Notes: generated by a model from the letters alone, not told the origin. 64,000 bases of DNA from Camelus ferus (GCF_009834535.1 NC_045697.1:101806001-101870000), one strand, 5' to 3'; shown: positions 1-13,560, counted from the stretch's first letter. Numbers and translations are program-made.

Positions 1-1669
1 AGTTAGGGGAGAAGTATTTGAACCCCTTACCTTCTGGCAAAGTTATAATTGACCCCAAAGTCATGTAGGAGGATTGGATTTTACAGGCCTTCCCTGACAA
101 TTTCAGATTTCGGTGTTTGAAGTATTGGAAAAAAGGTAAAGGAAATACTGAGCTAGTAAGAATGCAAAATATTTGGGAAGTTAATTTATTCCTGTTACAT
201 AAAACCAAAGCCTTCACAGGGTATACAGATACGTGATTTCTCTCTAAAGAAAAGTGCACAGAATTAAACTGATGCTGTTGAACAGTGTTCTTTTTTTCTT
301 TCCCTTCATTTAAGCAGTGAAGTAGTCAAAACAGGAAAAGCATGCCTGGTGTATTTTTATTTTAAATATAGTTTTTCTCTATGATTTTCGTAATGACCCA
401 CAGTATACATAGTAGAAGGTGTGTACACATGATCTGTTTACAGAGAAAATTGTGGCTTCATTTATCATTCTTTGATGTTTGTAATAGGATATTAATTTCC
501 AGAGGACAAAGGCTGCATTTGTTCTGTGTCTAAACTGTGCAGTGTGGTACCTGGCACAGTCTCTCGAAGAGCGTGACCAAAGAGTTGTAGAATTTTAAGT
601 CCAAAATTATAAATCATCAAGTTCAATGTTTCTCAACCTTTTCCAACCCATTTCTCTATCGCGCATTGTTTGAGTGTCCTGTGTTTTATAATCCAGTTTT
701 ATTTTCTGCGATTCGCATTCCAAAAACAACAGCTATATTAAATACCTTTCCCAGTCACGCGTGTCTCCTTCTCCCCTAGCTGAGAGGCCAACCTCCTCTT
801 TTTACAGGGAATGAAAATTAGCCTCTGGGAGACTAATTGATTTGTCCGAGGTCATAGAGGTTAACCAGCTGTTCTGGCAGGGCCAGATCTGTCACCTCTC
901 AGGTCAGACCCTTCAGCCCTCGAGGGAGTGCCTGCTGAGAACAAGGCGCTGCCAAGAATTCAGAAACGGACCGAGAAGGCACTGTCTCCACCTTTCAGGA
1001 GTGTATGTGCTACTAGGGACACAGGATGCACCGAGTACTGCAAATTGTATTATGATCTGTGATGTGTGAGGCCAGACTCTAGACGAATTCAGCTGAGTTG
1101 CTGAACACTGGCAATCCCCTCCCCATTCAGTAGAGGGGGATGAATTCTGGGATCCTTTTAAAATTTCATGATGGTGGCAAGAGAGATTTCACCAGGACTT
1201 TAAAAGATGGATTCATTTTCAGAGATGAGGCTAGGTTGAGACTGTCTCTATTCCTCCCTTTTCCAGCCAGACTCCTGGGTGGGTTGTATACATGAGGCTG
1301 CCCCCACTGTTGGAGATGACCAATCCATCTTCTCCAAACATGTCCCCTCTTGGGCCTTCCTGATCCCAGGCTCTGGTGTCCGGAAGCGTTGGAGTTCCGA
1401 AGGATTCTGGTGCTGCTAGCCCTGGATGGTCCCTCCTCCCACCTCTCACTGTTAGTAGGTCACCATCCATCATGAGTTCATAAACTTTTCTGAAAATCTG
1501 ATAAAAACTTCATGTTCTCCATTCCCCCAGAATTCTGACAAACGGACACGCAAACGTTATTATCATCTTGCATGTGTTCTATCTCATCTTTAAAGTCTGT
1601 CTGTGGGTCTTAAAGGCCAGTTAAATTGCCCCTGAATTATATGTAGATGATCTGAAGATGCCGTTTCAG

Positions 1670-2550
1670 CCCATTTCTCACACCACATCTCTGGATCTGA
1701 CTGCTTAGACCCCCGCAGCAATGCGGAGCCGGTCTGCCCACTGCAGGTTTTCCCATCCTCTCCCTCAGCCCCGCCCTCTTACTGTTCCCTCTCTGTCAAT
1801 CACGCCACCATCCCTTCCCCAGTGGCTTACACCATATGGTTTTCTTTGTTCTCTTCTCATTCTCCACACCCAGTGAGCAAATCCTGGCGGTTTTGCCTTC
1901 CAAATATCTCTTGACTTACTGACCTGTGTGTGGCCTGAGCTGCCTTTCCCTCCTGCTAGATTCTGCAGTGGCCTGTCCATCTCCCTGACTCTGTGCTTGG
2001 GCCCCTCATCACCGTCCTCATCAAGGCAGCCAGCACGGCCTTTGTGGAACACAGACCTGGTACTCCTGGCCCCCAGTCTGAGGCTGTTCTGCTGCGTTCC
2101 TTTGCTCTGAGGAATGCCTGACCCCTTCTCTTAGCTTGCACTGCTTTCTGTGATGTGGCCTCTGCACACGCACCCTCCTCACTCACGTGCTCCTCCCCAG
2201 CTGTCCTGAACTTCCAGGTCCCAGATTGGCCTGGTGATGGCTCCTGCTGGCCTTGGCGTGGACTCTTCTTTCCTCCAGGAATCCCTGGCCGTCCCCTCTC
2301 TGCCTCCACAACCAGGCTAACAGTGCTTATTCTTCCCTCTTCTCCACCCTCCTGTCCCCCGCCCCCACCCCCGCCTCCCCTGAACTCATACCACCATCAT
2401 CACTCACACGCCCAGACCCAGTGGGCCGAGAGCATCTGTTCTGTTCTCCTCTGATGCTCTGCTGCACAGCGCCTGTCACACCGGGTTGTCCTTGTTTATT
2501 TAATTCCTTGTCTCCCCTTTCTATGTTGGGGCCATGTTGTGATTTTTCCT
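1670..2550 (+). mobile_element. Degraded L2 LINE fragment(s)
   Basis: Pyrimidine-rich text resembling the L2 3' region (e.g. gccttccaaatatctc, ctagattctgcagtggcctgtc, ggcagccagcac). Boundaries approximate. Confidence 0.55.
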
Positions 2551-3120
2551 GAGCCCCAGATACTTTTGCCTTCATGGGTTCCCTTCCTCTACAAAAAAAG
2601 AAAAATTATATTTTTGCAACTGGGTCTGTATTAAGATGAATGTATAGCAAGCTGGATGTGTTATTAGATATTCATTATTCTTATTATATTCATTTTTAAT
2701 ACTAATTTTTTTAAGAAAGGGAAGACATGGTTCATGGGCTCCTAAAAGTCTCGTGGGCTCTAGCACCTGATGGATACCTTGGCTCTGTTAAGTGGATGTA
2801 AATACTCTGGCAGTAAAGTTGACAGCACACTTCAACACATTGATCATGACAAGGAAAAGTGAGGTGCCCACACAGTAATTTCCTTATGTGGCACTTTTGT
2901 AGTGGCTTGAATAGCTCCTGAAAACCATATTAAGATTTTGTATTGCAGTCCCTGGTAATGGAAAAATATATTTTAAAAAACAGGATGGTGGACTTCAGAG
3001 GTGTATATTTAATATACATGCATGTTTAAAAGCAGAAATCATGAGACTTTCCGATGTCAAAAATGTTACTTGAGCTCATTTACTAATATGAACATTTCTT
3101 CATAAGGTGTCTGGGTAGAG

Positions 3121-3329
3121 CATGGTTTTGAGTTGGAGGTGATTTTGCCCCTGCCGGGTACACTTGGCAGAGCCTGGAGATGTTTTTGGTTGTCACAGCT
3201 GGGGGTGCTACTGGTGGCTGGTGGGTAGAGGCAGGGCTGCTGTTAAACATTCCATAACGCAGAGGGCAGCCCCGCAACCAAGAATAACCCAGCCCCCAAA
3301 TATCAATCGTGCTGGAGGTAGGAAACCCT
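3121..3329 (+). mobile_element. MER20 (hAT-Charlie) DNA transposon fossil
   Basis: Colinear with the recalled MER20 consensus: gtgattttgcccc...ctggagatgtttttggttgtcacagctgggggtgctactgg...tgggtagaggc...aaatatcaatcgtgctggaggtaggaaaccct. Confidence 0.9.
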
Positions 3330-3682
3330 CTCGTAGAGGAATCCCTCATAAAGCTTGGTTCCTACGTCTGTATTATTTATTTGGTTTATTTCCCTGTTTC
3401 CATTAAAAGCCATCACTCAGGTGCAGGACTGGGTTGCAGCCCTGGACCCAGGCATTTCCTTTTCTGGCTTCAATAAGATTGAGAAAAAGTCATTGAAATG
3501 ACTGAGCTTTTGAACTCCAGTTCTGTACTGTGCAGCCCTGTCACAGAGGTTTTTGTGAGACACAAAATCTCTCCTGGTCAATGGTCTATTATCATTTAAA
3601 TCTTTCCCCAAATGCTCAGTTTTTTGGCCTGTGCTAATCCTAGCCCAAGTACAAGCAATTGTTGTCTGGGTGGGGAGGGGGA

Positions 3683-3693
3683 TGCTGAGTCAT
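3683..3693 (+). promoter_or_regulatory. NF-E2/NRF2-sMAF antioxidant response element motif (contains AP-1 core)
   Basis: Exact TGCTGAGTCAT. Motif only; binding not shown. Confidence 0.45.
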
Positions 3694-3992
3694 TTATTCA
3701 TGATTTTTATTACCTCTTGGCTTGAGTATCTCCATTCATTGTTCACAAGCTGCTCAGCTTGTTTACTTTTTATAAATTACATGTAATCAGTCCTCTCGCA
3801 GGTCTGGCTACTGTAATTGGCAGTAGCCACAGAGCAGGGCTGACGAGTCTGCATTTGTGCTGACATTTCACAGCCAGTTCAGGTTCTGCCCTCCAAACTT
3901 TCCTGCCTCTTCCATGTGTATTTCAAAAGGAAGGTGGACAGAACTGCTTCGCCGCTCTCCCTTCTCAGATGCTCTGACGGTACTTATTTTTA

Positions 3993-4056
3993 TATAGATA
4001 TATAATATGCAATGTATAGATATATAATATACAATATATAGATACATAATATAATG
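3993..4056. repeat. AT-rich 22-bp tandem repeat, about 3 copies
   Basis: tatagatatataatatgcaatg / tatagatatataatatacaata / tatagatacataatataatg. Confidence 0.85.
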
Positions 4057-4112
4057 TATAATATGTAGAGTCCCTGTGTTCCTTTGGTGAAGGAGGAATC
4101 AAGGGTTTGGGA

Positions 4113-4303
4113 CAGTGGTCCTCAAATTTCCGTGTACATCCCAATTGCCCAGGTAACTTCTGAAATGAAAATTCTGAAGCCCTACTCCCACCTTCTGAAG
4201 TTTTTAGTAAATATAGGTAGAGGTCCAGAAAACTGCATTTTCGAACTCAAATCCCTGCTGATTCTGATGTAGGTGGTCCTTAAATGATACCTGAGAAATG
4301 CTG
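4113..4303. mobile_element. MER5A/MER5B-type hAT-Charlie element
   Basis: About 190 bp, with ends cagtggtcctcaaa ... ctgagaaatgctg and internal ctgcatttt...gattctgatgtaggtggtcc typical of MER5. Confidence 0.75.
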
Positions 4304-7068
4304 AGTTGGGCATGGAGAAAAAATGGGAGAAGAAAGAAAATCCAGTAGAAGTAAAAATGTATAAAGAGTGGAGTAGGAAGGTAAGAACCAAAACTCAGGA
4401 AAGTATCTTCAGCTTTTTTTTCTGTGAGGTAAGGGAAATATGCTGTGATGCTTTAAAAAGTGTATATATGTGTTTAGTGTTTTCTTGCAGTGACTTAGAT
4501 CAGATTCTCCCCTAAAGAGGGCATATTTAGAGGCTGACAAAAGTGAAAGGGAATTTTTAGAAAGGTTAGAATATGAGAAAGAACCTAAGCATCGGAACGA
4601 AGGTGTTATTAAATCAAGGAAGGTATTATGTAGGTATCGATTTAAAAAAGAATGTGCGTTCCTGAATCAAGAGTTTAATGAATAGCTTAAAGATGAAGAG
4701 TTGACGGAGGATTAGTTCTTCACCCGAAGTTCTGGTTATTCTGGTTATTGGATCTGAAAGCGTATTATTAAAATACAGTCCAGATTTCCTGGAATAGTTC
4801 TAATTTCAAGTATATTTTCCCTTTGTCTTTTGAGTACATGTCTGGTTTGCCCTAACTTTTCATTACTTGAGATGTGGTTGATTTGTAAAAGACCATGAAA
4901 AGAATTCTACTTGATTAAAGAAGTTCTTGTTTTTCAAATTTCTCTCTGTCTTCTTTCTCTCCCTCTCCCCACGTTTAATGTATATATTCTATTTCTTTTA
5001 ACCCAAACTTTGATTGTAAAGTCCATTTTAGAGAAAGAGAGTGAGAGACAGATCAGACTCTATTTTAGAAAATTGCTCAAGAAGTGAACCAGGTGGGAAT
5101 GGTTATTTAATCCTAGCAGAGGAATAAAGAATTTATTTCCAACTACCTACTGAATTTAACTCTGTTTCTAGAAAGTGATCATTTTTTGATACATTATTTC
5201 CTTAGGGGAACTTTATGATGCTATTCCTACCTTGCAGAAAGATCTTGATATCCTCCTCCCAAAGAAAAGGAATTTGGGGCATTACTTGTAAAATGATGGC
5301 TGTCATCGGCTTTTGTTGAATCCATCCTCATCCTGCTCTAACCATCTCTTCATCAAAGTGTTCCTTTTTTGCATTTACTCTACCCAAACCATCTCAGTGT
5401 GAAAGTGTTCATTTTTCGGTGCTAGGATTGTACTGTAGGACTTTTCCACACTGTGGGGGCATATTGAGGAGCTGGCTGATCTTTCCTCCCTTCCTTCTTT
5501 CCCCCCATCTTTCATGCTCTCCCGTCTCCTCCATTTACTTAGGAAGACGTCAGCCTCTTAGATACTCTGCCCATCTTCCCGCAAGATCTTACAGAATCTT
5601 CCTATCTGCTTTGTAAGTGTGGAGTATCATTATTGTTATTATACAAAGTGTCTGCCACACCCTCTCGCTGCACCGAGAGTTCAAGTAAGTTTGGTTAGGA
5701 GATCACTTTGCTCCCGAAGTGAATAGAAGGGCTCTTGCTGGGCAGTGGTGGAGACCCAGAACCAGCTTCTCCCGAGAAAGGCTGGACGGACTCCTGCAAC
5801 TTCTACTCCCCATGAAGAACTGAAGGCTGGGCTCACCCCTTGCTGTCTTCATTTGAGGTGACCCTATTTCCTTGTTTTCCTGTATTTTTTGAACCGTATA
5901 CTTGGTAGACCTCTTTTCATATGAATCTCTTGATAGTTCTGGTTATTTTTTCAGATTCTTTTTCTGTAATTTATTCTAACCCATATGTTTAACAACATAG
6001 TGATAGATATTTCCAACGAATATTTACATTTGCCGAAAACAAGTTATAAGTGCTCTTAGGGGAGAACCACAACAGTAAGTAGTCATCCAAGTGCAGCATA
6101 AAAAAAACATATACCTTATGAATTTTCAATGGGAGTATATTAACTTAAAAATTTCTGGTTTTGGTGTAACATATAGGAAAAAAGTTATAAAATATTAGGT
6201 AAGCAGATTTATTGCCCTTTGTATAAATTACTAAAGGGAAATATTTCTTTAATAATTAAATAAGATTCATCACTAAAGTCAATATACATATTTAGCCTTG
6301 TATGATTTTATGTTTACTTGTATTTGAACAGAAAATGTGCATAGATTAACTTAAAAGTCATAGTATGTTGGTAGTTTATTTCTGTTTCAATTTTTAATAC
6401 TCAGCCATATTTTAATGCTTAATATCTGCCTACTGATATCAGTGATTCTTAAAGAACTAAAAGATACTCTTTTATGGTAGCTTTTATGCATGCTAAATAT
6501 TTTTACAAGTGTGGTTTTTATTCCCAGCTTGGAGAAATAGTTGTATGCTGAGAAATCCATGTTCTTATTAGCTAAGGGATGTTGGAACATGGATATCAAA
6601 GTATTTTTTAATGTTTCCACTAAAATTCTAGCTTTGAAAACACTCATATTTGTTTTTCACATGGAACCTGTTGTATTTCTAAACCGTACATTTCCAAAGC
6701 AGAATAACTTTTTGTAACTTTGAGATTTTTATTGAAATGCTTAAGAAGAAAATGATTCAAGGAAGATATTTTTCTTAAAGTAGTGAAAGGAGAGAAACTT
6801 ATTACTCATCCTATTCTTAATGAGAAAAATGAAGACCTAGGGAATCGGGGCTAAGGACATACCCTGAATTCAAGACCAGTTGCTTTCGACAGACAGGGGT
6901 AGACATGAACACTAGCGTCCTGAAGCCCCATGCTGGTGCCATTCCCAATCCGCCATATCCACCTCCTTCTTCAGGGGGTTATCATCCCCAAAACTCACTT
7001 TGACATTCTAAGAGCATTTTAGCTGCCCCTTAGAGCAGTTGCAACATGGTAAATTCACCCCAGTCTCT

Positions 7069-7183
7069 CTCTTTGTGAAAAAAATTTATTTCTAATTGTC
7101 AAAACACATAACACAAAATCGACCATCTTAGGCATTTTGAAGTGCGCAGTTCAATAATGTTAAGTATATTGGCCTTGCAGTGC
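7069..7183 (-). mobile_element. Short old L1 (L1MB-like) 3' end
   Basis: acataacacaaaatcgaccatcttaggcattttgaagtgcgcagttcaataatgttaagtatatt; flanked by caccccagtctct (7056-7068) and caccccggtctct (7184-7196) as TSD. Confidence 0.75.
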
Positions 7184-9440
7184 CACCCCGGTCTCTTTTG
7201 CTTCTCCGTCTAATCTCTAGGTTTGGAACCATAGGGAGAGGCTTCGTATCAACACCTTTTGGGAAGGCGTGCGCTTCACCTATGTTTGCTCCTTCATTGT
7301 AGTAGAAAGTTCATTATGTGGGATTTGCTCACCTGATTCACACTGAAGATCCTACTTTAGTGCACATTTGGAAATCCCACACCCCTCTCTGCCTCCGAGG
7401 AAAAATTCTTTCCTGATTGTAGATTCCGAGCTCAGTTTAATCTTGAGCATATGAGAGTGAGTCACCCCGAGTAAGTATGTAATCCCATTTATACCTTCCT
7501 TCCAGCCTCCCTTTAATTTTGAAACTGAAGGTACTGGATCCTGATTTCCTGTATAAGGTCTGGTGATTTGGGGCCTAATTTAGGGACCAGGCGATGTTCA
7601 GGTTTTTTTTGTTTTTTGTTTTGGAACCAGCACTTTCTGTTCTACTGACGAAGCTGCATGGCCTGCGTTTTAAAATTCAGACTATGTGTGGAATGCCTGT
7701 GTGGATGAAGAAGCAAGTTAATGCTTTTTGGGGAGGCAAGGAGAAAGGAATGAAAATTTTGAGACAGTCTGATTTTGTGGGGGAACTTTGAGATTTTTAG
7801 AATACATCCAAACCCAAGATGAGGAGCTAGTTGGCTTTGTGATCTCTGTGCTCGAAGGAAGTATTTGGCTCTTGGGCTAAAGAGATACTGTTGAATAGGT
7901 TTATTAACTGATAAATTAATAACTTAATAAACCTGACTGTGATTCCAGTTATCATTATTTTCACAGTGCGTGACCACTAATCCCATTGCTTCATTTGTAG
8001 AATGAAACATGTCAGTTGAAAGTTAGGTTTAAAAGAATGCTTGTAAAGTACTTGGAATCTTTAAGGTACTTTGCATATAGCACTTGAAGAATGTCAATCA
8101 TGAATGCCTGTATTTTTACAGCTATAGAGGAATATGGGAGCTGGAGTGACTTGAGCATCAAAATATTCCTTTAAAAGGCAACATGGTTTTGAGCAAAGCC
8201 GTTCTCCCTGAATGCTTATTTTAAATTCTCAGTCATTTAGCCAACAGTCAGTAATCTCACTTAGCAAGTGTTTGGCACGCCTGTTTTAACCTGCACAAGT
8301 TCAGTTCACACAAAGAGAGGGAGGGAGGGAGGGTGGGGTTATGTGATGGAAGCGCCCTGTCAGCCTCATTAACATATTTTGAATAACTGTATTTGAATAT
8401 CTGCCAGCTGAGCTAGGCGGCCTGGAGACCTGCCAAGTGAGCCATGGGAATTTCTGGGAGGGGAATAGAGATTCTAGCCTGTAAAATGTTTACTTTTCCT
8501 TCTTGGAGGGGAAGCATTTTCCAAGATGCTATTTAGAATATTTCCCTTACCCTCCGAACAAAATGACCTTTTCCTTGGATGAGTTGGAGTTCCTACTCCT
8601 GGTTTTTGTCTTTGCAGAATTAGCCCTGAAGCTCTTTCTGTGAGCCTCGCTGGAGAAACTCTTCTGCAAGCTTATCATGTGAGCACGAATGATGGGAACA
8701 GGACAGACAGGATGAACTAGGGCGCCTGTAGAGTCACCTCCTCCCCAGTGGATGCTCAGCTCGTAAAGGTGGCAGCCTGGCTCAACTCTGTAGAGTATAG
8801 AAATGGCCTTAGAAAGTTCTCATTTTGTGGCCCTTATCACATTTGACTTTGCATTGACACCCGTCTTGCTGAAACCACAACTTGAGGCTCTAAAACTCGC
8901 CAGGGGAGTAGTCAGTTGAGACCAGGGGTTCTCAGGTATTTGGAGGTAGCGGGTTTAAGGGTGAGGAGATGGGCAGTGCCTATGTTTCTTTGTTCTTTAG
9001 TTCTCAGTTTGGGGGGCAGGTCAGAAGAGAATCAAAATCACCAGGGAGCTTTTTCAATAACCATTCACTTTGATTTTTTTTTTCCAGTTTCCCTATTGCA
9101 GTGGAGGGTGGATAGGGATGACCAACGAGGTGGCATTTGAATCTAGACTCTGTTGAAGCTGTGTGTGCCTGCCACAGCGTGGCAGTTTCCACAGTATAAG
9201 CCAGTTTGCTGCCCTGCCTCATGCTCACTCTTAGGAATGGAGAGATACAGCCTGATGATATCACTGCTCACTCCTGTGAAAGATTTTGAAACAATATGTT
9301 AAATGTACATTTTGTAGGATTGTCCGAAAAGGCTTTTTTCCCTGATTTGTTTTTTTATTTATCTTTTCAAAGATGGTCCTTAAGACTTGATTTTTCAAAA
9401 CCACAAATAATGGGTATCCAAAATAGAAAAGAATGGGGTT

Positions 9441-9523
9441 GGGGTGGGTATAGGTCGGTGGTAGAGCACATACTTAGCATGCACAAGGTCCTGGGCTCAA
9501 TCCCCCGTACCTCCATTTAAAAA
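9441..9523 (+). mobile_element. Vic-1-type tRNA-Ala-derived SINE, short form
   Basis: ggggtgggtataggtcggtggtagagcacatacttagcatgcacaaggtcctgggctcaatcccccgtacctccatttaaaaa; homologous to 8 other copies in the window. Confidence 0.9.
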
Positions 9524-12500
9524 GGTGGAGGGGACCAGGAAAGAAAGTTTGATCATAGTTATTTAAAAAAAAAAACTTTAACAGATGACAACCTAGGAAA
9601 GAATTCTGATATATTAAACCAAGCCCTAATTTTTTAACAACTATTATAATGAGCATATATATATATACATTTTTTATGCCAGTCATGTGTGTGCATATAT
9701 AAATATATTTGTATGCTTTTGAATTTCTAGACTGAAGTTACTAAATTTCAGCTAGCTTTTCTTAAACCTCACTGATTTCTTTGTGATTTTTTTCAGTGTC
9801 ATGTATGACTGCTATATTTACAGTCATCATCTACTCTTTAAGTGATTATGTAAATACAACTTTGATTCTTAATAGCTTTTATTTTTTCCAATTGATTCCT
9901 AACAGCCTGTTTAAAAGAAAAAAAAATTATAGCTGATTGTAAGTAATCATGCAATTCATGAAGCAATGTAGGGTTAATATGAAAAACTGATTATCAGTTC
10001 AGTATTTTCCTTTTTTATTATAAAACGTTAAATATTGTATTCTGTTGTGTCGGTTTATCCTGTTAGAGAATTACTTATGGAATGTTACCAGTTTCACCAT
10101 TTAGTACCTCTTCAACATCTCTGCGGGTGGTAGACGTAAGATCTGTTTCTTAAACAAGTACATGCATGAAACTATAAAACAGTTTATTCAAGTCACATAA
10201 CAACACTGGTGAAACTGGAGTCCTGGCACTGAGCGCACATTTAAGCTGATAGCACGCGTGTGTGGGAAGAAGATGCTAGTTACTGATAATGTCTTTAGAA
10301 TGTGTTAATATTGTTAGGTCTGAATATGACTTATTTGGTTAGGTGTACCAGATGAAGAAAGCCTAAACGATGTAAAACCTAAACTTTCGTGTCCCTTTTC
10401 ATTCATTTTGGTGATTTACTAGTTGGTGTTTGTGGGGATGCACCTGGTCACTTTCATTTGGTATGCTCCATATTTGCGATAGAAAGTGCCAGGGGAGAAC
10501 GGGGACCGGAGAGGCTGCAGGTGTAGTGGGGCAGAACCCATGGAACCAGTGCTGCGGCTTGTCCTACAGTCAGCTCCCCCTGTACCTCCCCTGGCTCATT
10601 TACATGTTATATAATCCAGACTGGCTCGTCCTGTTTGGTCAGTTTGTGATAAACTGCAGAGCTGAGTAAACCTGGGGTAACATTTTATATGGCTTGAGAA
10701 GTTAACCAGTACTTGAGGTGTGAGGTAGCAGAGGGGCCCAGCTGTCAGGTGCCCTGGGGGTCGGCCCCCTCCTCGGGGGTCCTTTTCCGTTCTCTCTGAG
10801 GAACAGGAAATCCATGTGAAACTATAGCAACGCCTGGTGGCCTGGCCTGAGGGCCCCTCCTTGATGCTGATGGCACCCAGCCTGCCATGTCTGATACCAG
10901 AAACAGCTGACACTACAAGCAGGTGGTAGCTGTGTCCGTTAATGAGTTTTGTACACAAGCAGAAACAGACAAACCCATCCAGTGGAACCATTTGCACCTG
11001 TCTACGCCCAGTTTGAAAACAGTGAAGGAGGAACACAACTTAGATGTCTTGTTCTGGTCCTGCCTCAGCATCCAAGGAGAGAACATGTCCATGAGCATTT
11101 CTGACGCCCGTGCACTAAGAAGTTAAGCTGACATACAGGGCTTAACACATCCCCAGTTACAGGGTTATTGGGTTTTCTAGAGCATCCTCTGTCCTTGTCT
11201 GTTAAACTTTATGACAGGTGTGTATTGTCTCGTGTGTGAGTGCCCTAAACCCCCTGTAGGGCTGTGTGTCCCATTCAGGATTGAGTGTGTCCTTCACATA
11301 TTCATCGCCAGGCTCCTATCTGGAAATTGGGATCTCCTGGTGGATGTGAAAGTCTTCCCTGGAATGCCTCTCCTCTCCTTACAGGGCCTTTCTGAGATTG
11401 GCAGAGGTTCTCAGGGCCAGAGGGTGTTTGTCAGCCTAGCGTGATGGTGATGACCTCCCCCTGCCCTGCTAGTTACAGTCTTTCACTCTCACCTGTACGG
11501 ATCTTAGGGCTTCTCTTTGAGCCAAAAGACTGGGGAACCCTAAGTTAGAAGATCTAAGTTTAATAGCAACCTGCTTTTCCCCCATGACTTACTCTTAGTT
11601 CCAAATATCCTGAAAGAGGTTCTTATTTCTGAAGGTCAGGCAGGTTGCAGCCTGCTTGATTTTTCAGCATCTCTGGTTTAATAATAATTTTAGAGAGTAG
11701 AAGAGGAAATGGTTCTTTTATGAATGTGGCATAAAACTGTATGGCCTTGTGCAAATGATCTAACTTCATATGAATCCTGGCTTATAGACAGAGGCTTCCT
11801 TTGTTTAAGTAGATTCACCACTCTGTCCTCTGAAATAATGAGAGGGAGAATTATTCTATATATATCATGTAAATTAAAAAAAATCAGAATTCAGAGCTGG
11901 GAAAAATTTCCAACATTTCACATTGTCTGATCCTGATTTTTTTTTTTTACATTATTTTTGCTGTTTCAGATTTGCTTTTATTGTTTGAGATAAAAAATAC
12001 ATTTTCCTGTTCTTCTGTTCTGACTTTTTATTCTTGAACTGAAACCTACATCCATGGAATTACCATCTTCTCAGTGTTTGATTACTGGAGTTTATAATGA
12101 GAAGATAGAACTTTAGAAGACAAAACAGAAAATAAAATTGGTTTAGGACAAGGAATTCTTTTTGGACATTGCAAAAATAGCAAAAAAAAAAAAAAAAAAA
12201 AGTAACTGGCAACACAAACTCTTTTTCCTGTAAGTTTCATTTTCCCAAACCCTTGCCATCATGCTAAAAAAAGTTTTCTTGTGTTGATTTTTCTCATAGT
12301 AAGAATTTTTTTCATGTGCCAAAATTTTGTTTTTCATGTGATTTCTACAGTAATTTGGGTCTTACTGAAAATACATCTTTTTACAGTACAGTGGTAAAAG
12401 TTGTTGATAATAAGCCAAAAGGAAAGTTTAATGTGAACTTCTATGCAATTTATAGCGACTAGGGGAAATTAAATGTACTATCCAAGGTGAATGAAGTTAG

Positions 12501-13049
12501 ATTATTGTAGGAGAAATATCAATTCTGATTCAAGTATGAGTATGTATTTCTAGTTTCAAAAATTACATTTTTTCGTTTCCTACCTGGTCTTTTCCCCAAG
12601 GATACATATTTTTAAGACTTTTCTATCAGGCTAATATAAGGTGATGCTTCTGACTGAGCCAGCTTAATGGAATGGCATCACACTTTCTTTGGGAATAATT
12701 AAGAAGGGAGATTAAAATTCAAGCTTTTTGGAGGGACCAGTTGGAATTCTTGAGCAACAGGGTACCTTGGAGCATGTGAGAAAGTAACTGAATGCTTTTT
12801 AGGGGATGGCAAGCAGTGTTCTGCATCTCAGCCTGATAGAAAATAAATCATGTTTTGGATACTATTAAAACAGCATGGATCATTCATCCTGTCATTCCTT
12901 TTAGGAGATGATTTCAGAAATCCTCAGTAACATCTTGTTCAGCAGCTCATTCTGACTCCCTGACTCACCTGTAGGCTCTCGCTGTTTGTTTGCTCTTTAA
13001 ATCTTACAGTGGCCTTTGACCAAAAGTAATAAAATGTTATGTGACTTGG

Positions 13050-13560
13050 TATATCAGTCAGGATTCTCAGCTGTAAGCAACAGAAACCTCTGGCTAATGT
13101 CATCAGAAAAAAAGTTTCTGAAGGCTGCTAGTTAGCTCACAGTTTCCCCAGGAAAGCTGAGAACCTAGCTCAGAAGCTCATCAACCAGGAACAAGGCCAC
13201 TCAACTGGTCCAGGGAACATACCCCTAACTGCCTCCTGGGCCGTGACCATAGGCCTGACACCTTGCACTCCCAAAATCACTGACATGACCCACCAGATAC
13301 CGCCACTCCTGCTTCTGGATGCTGCTCTCACTGCCCCAACCCTAGACCCAGGTCTCTGTACAGTACTTGTTTCTTGAAATTTCTTGAGATTCAAAATCTG
13401 GGATGAATATTTTTGGTGGAGCCAGTATACCTGATCATATGCCTGCACTCTATTGCAAGGGGGCTAAGAAAGCAATCATCTGAAATTGCCTGCTTTTGTA
13501 AAATTAGAGTTAATGATTTTTGCAAACATAGGAAGGGAAATTCAGATGCTGGGTGATCTA
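13050..13560. mobile_element. Old MaLR (MLT1-type) solo LTR
   Basis: Starts tatatcagtcaggattctcagctgtaagcaacagaaacc; later gatcatatgcctgcactctattgcaagggggctaagaaagc, both typical MLT1 blocks. Confidence 0.65.

Noticed and set aside
8605..8685. Acceptor ttttgtctttgcAG with downstream GTGAGC as an exon
   Set aside because: Weak donor context and no recognisable peptide. Pseudo-splice sites are common in long introns.
10596..11126. 146-aa minus ORF and neighbours
   Set aside because: No recognisable domain and no convincing splice signals at the edges.
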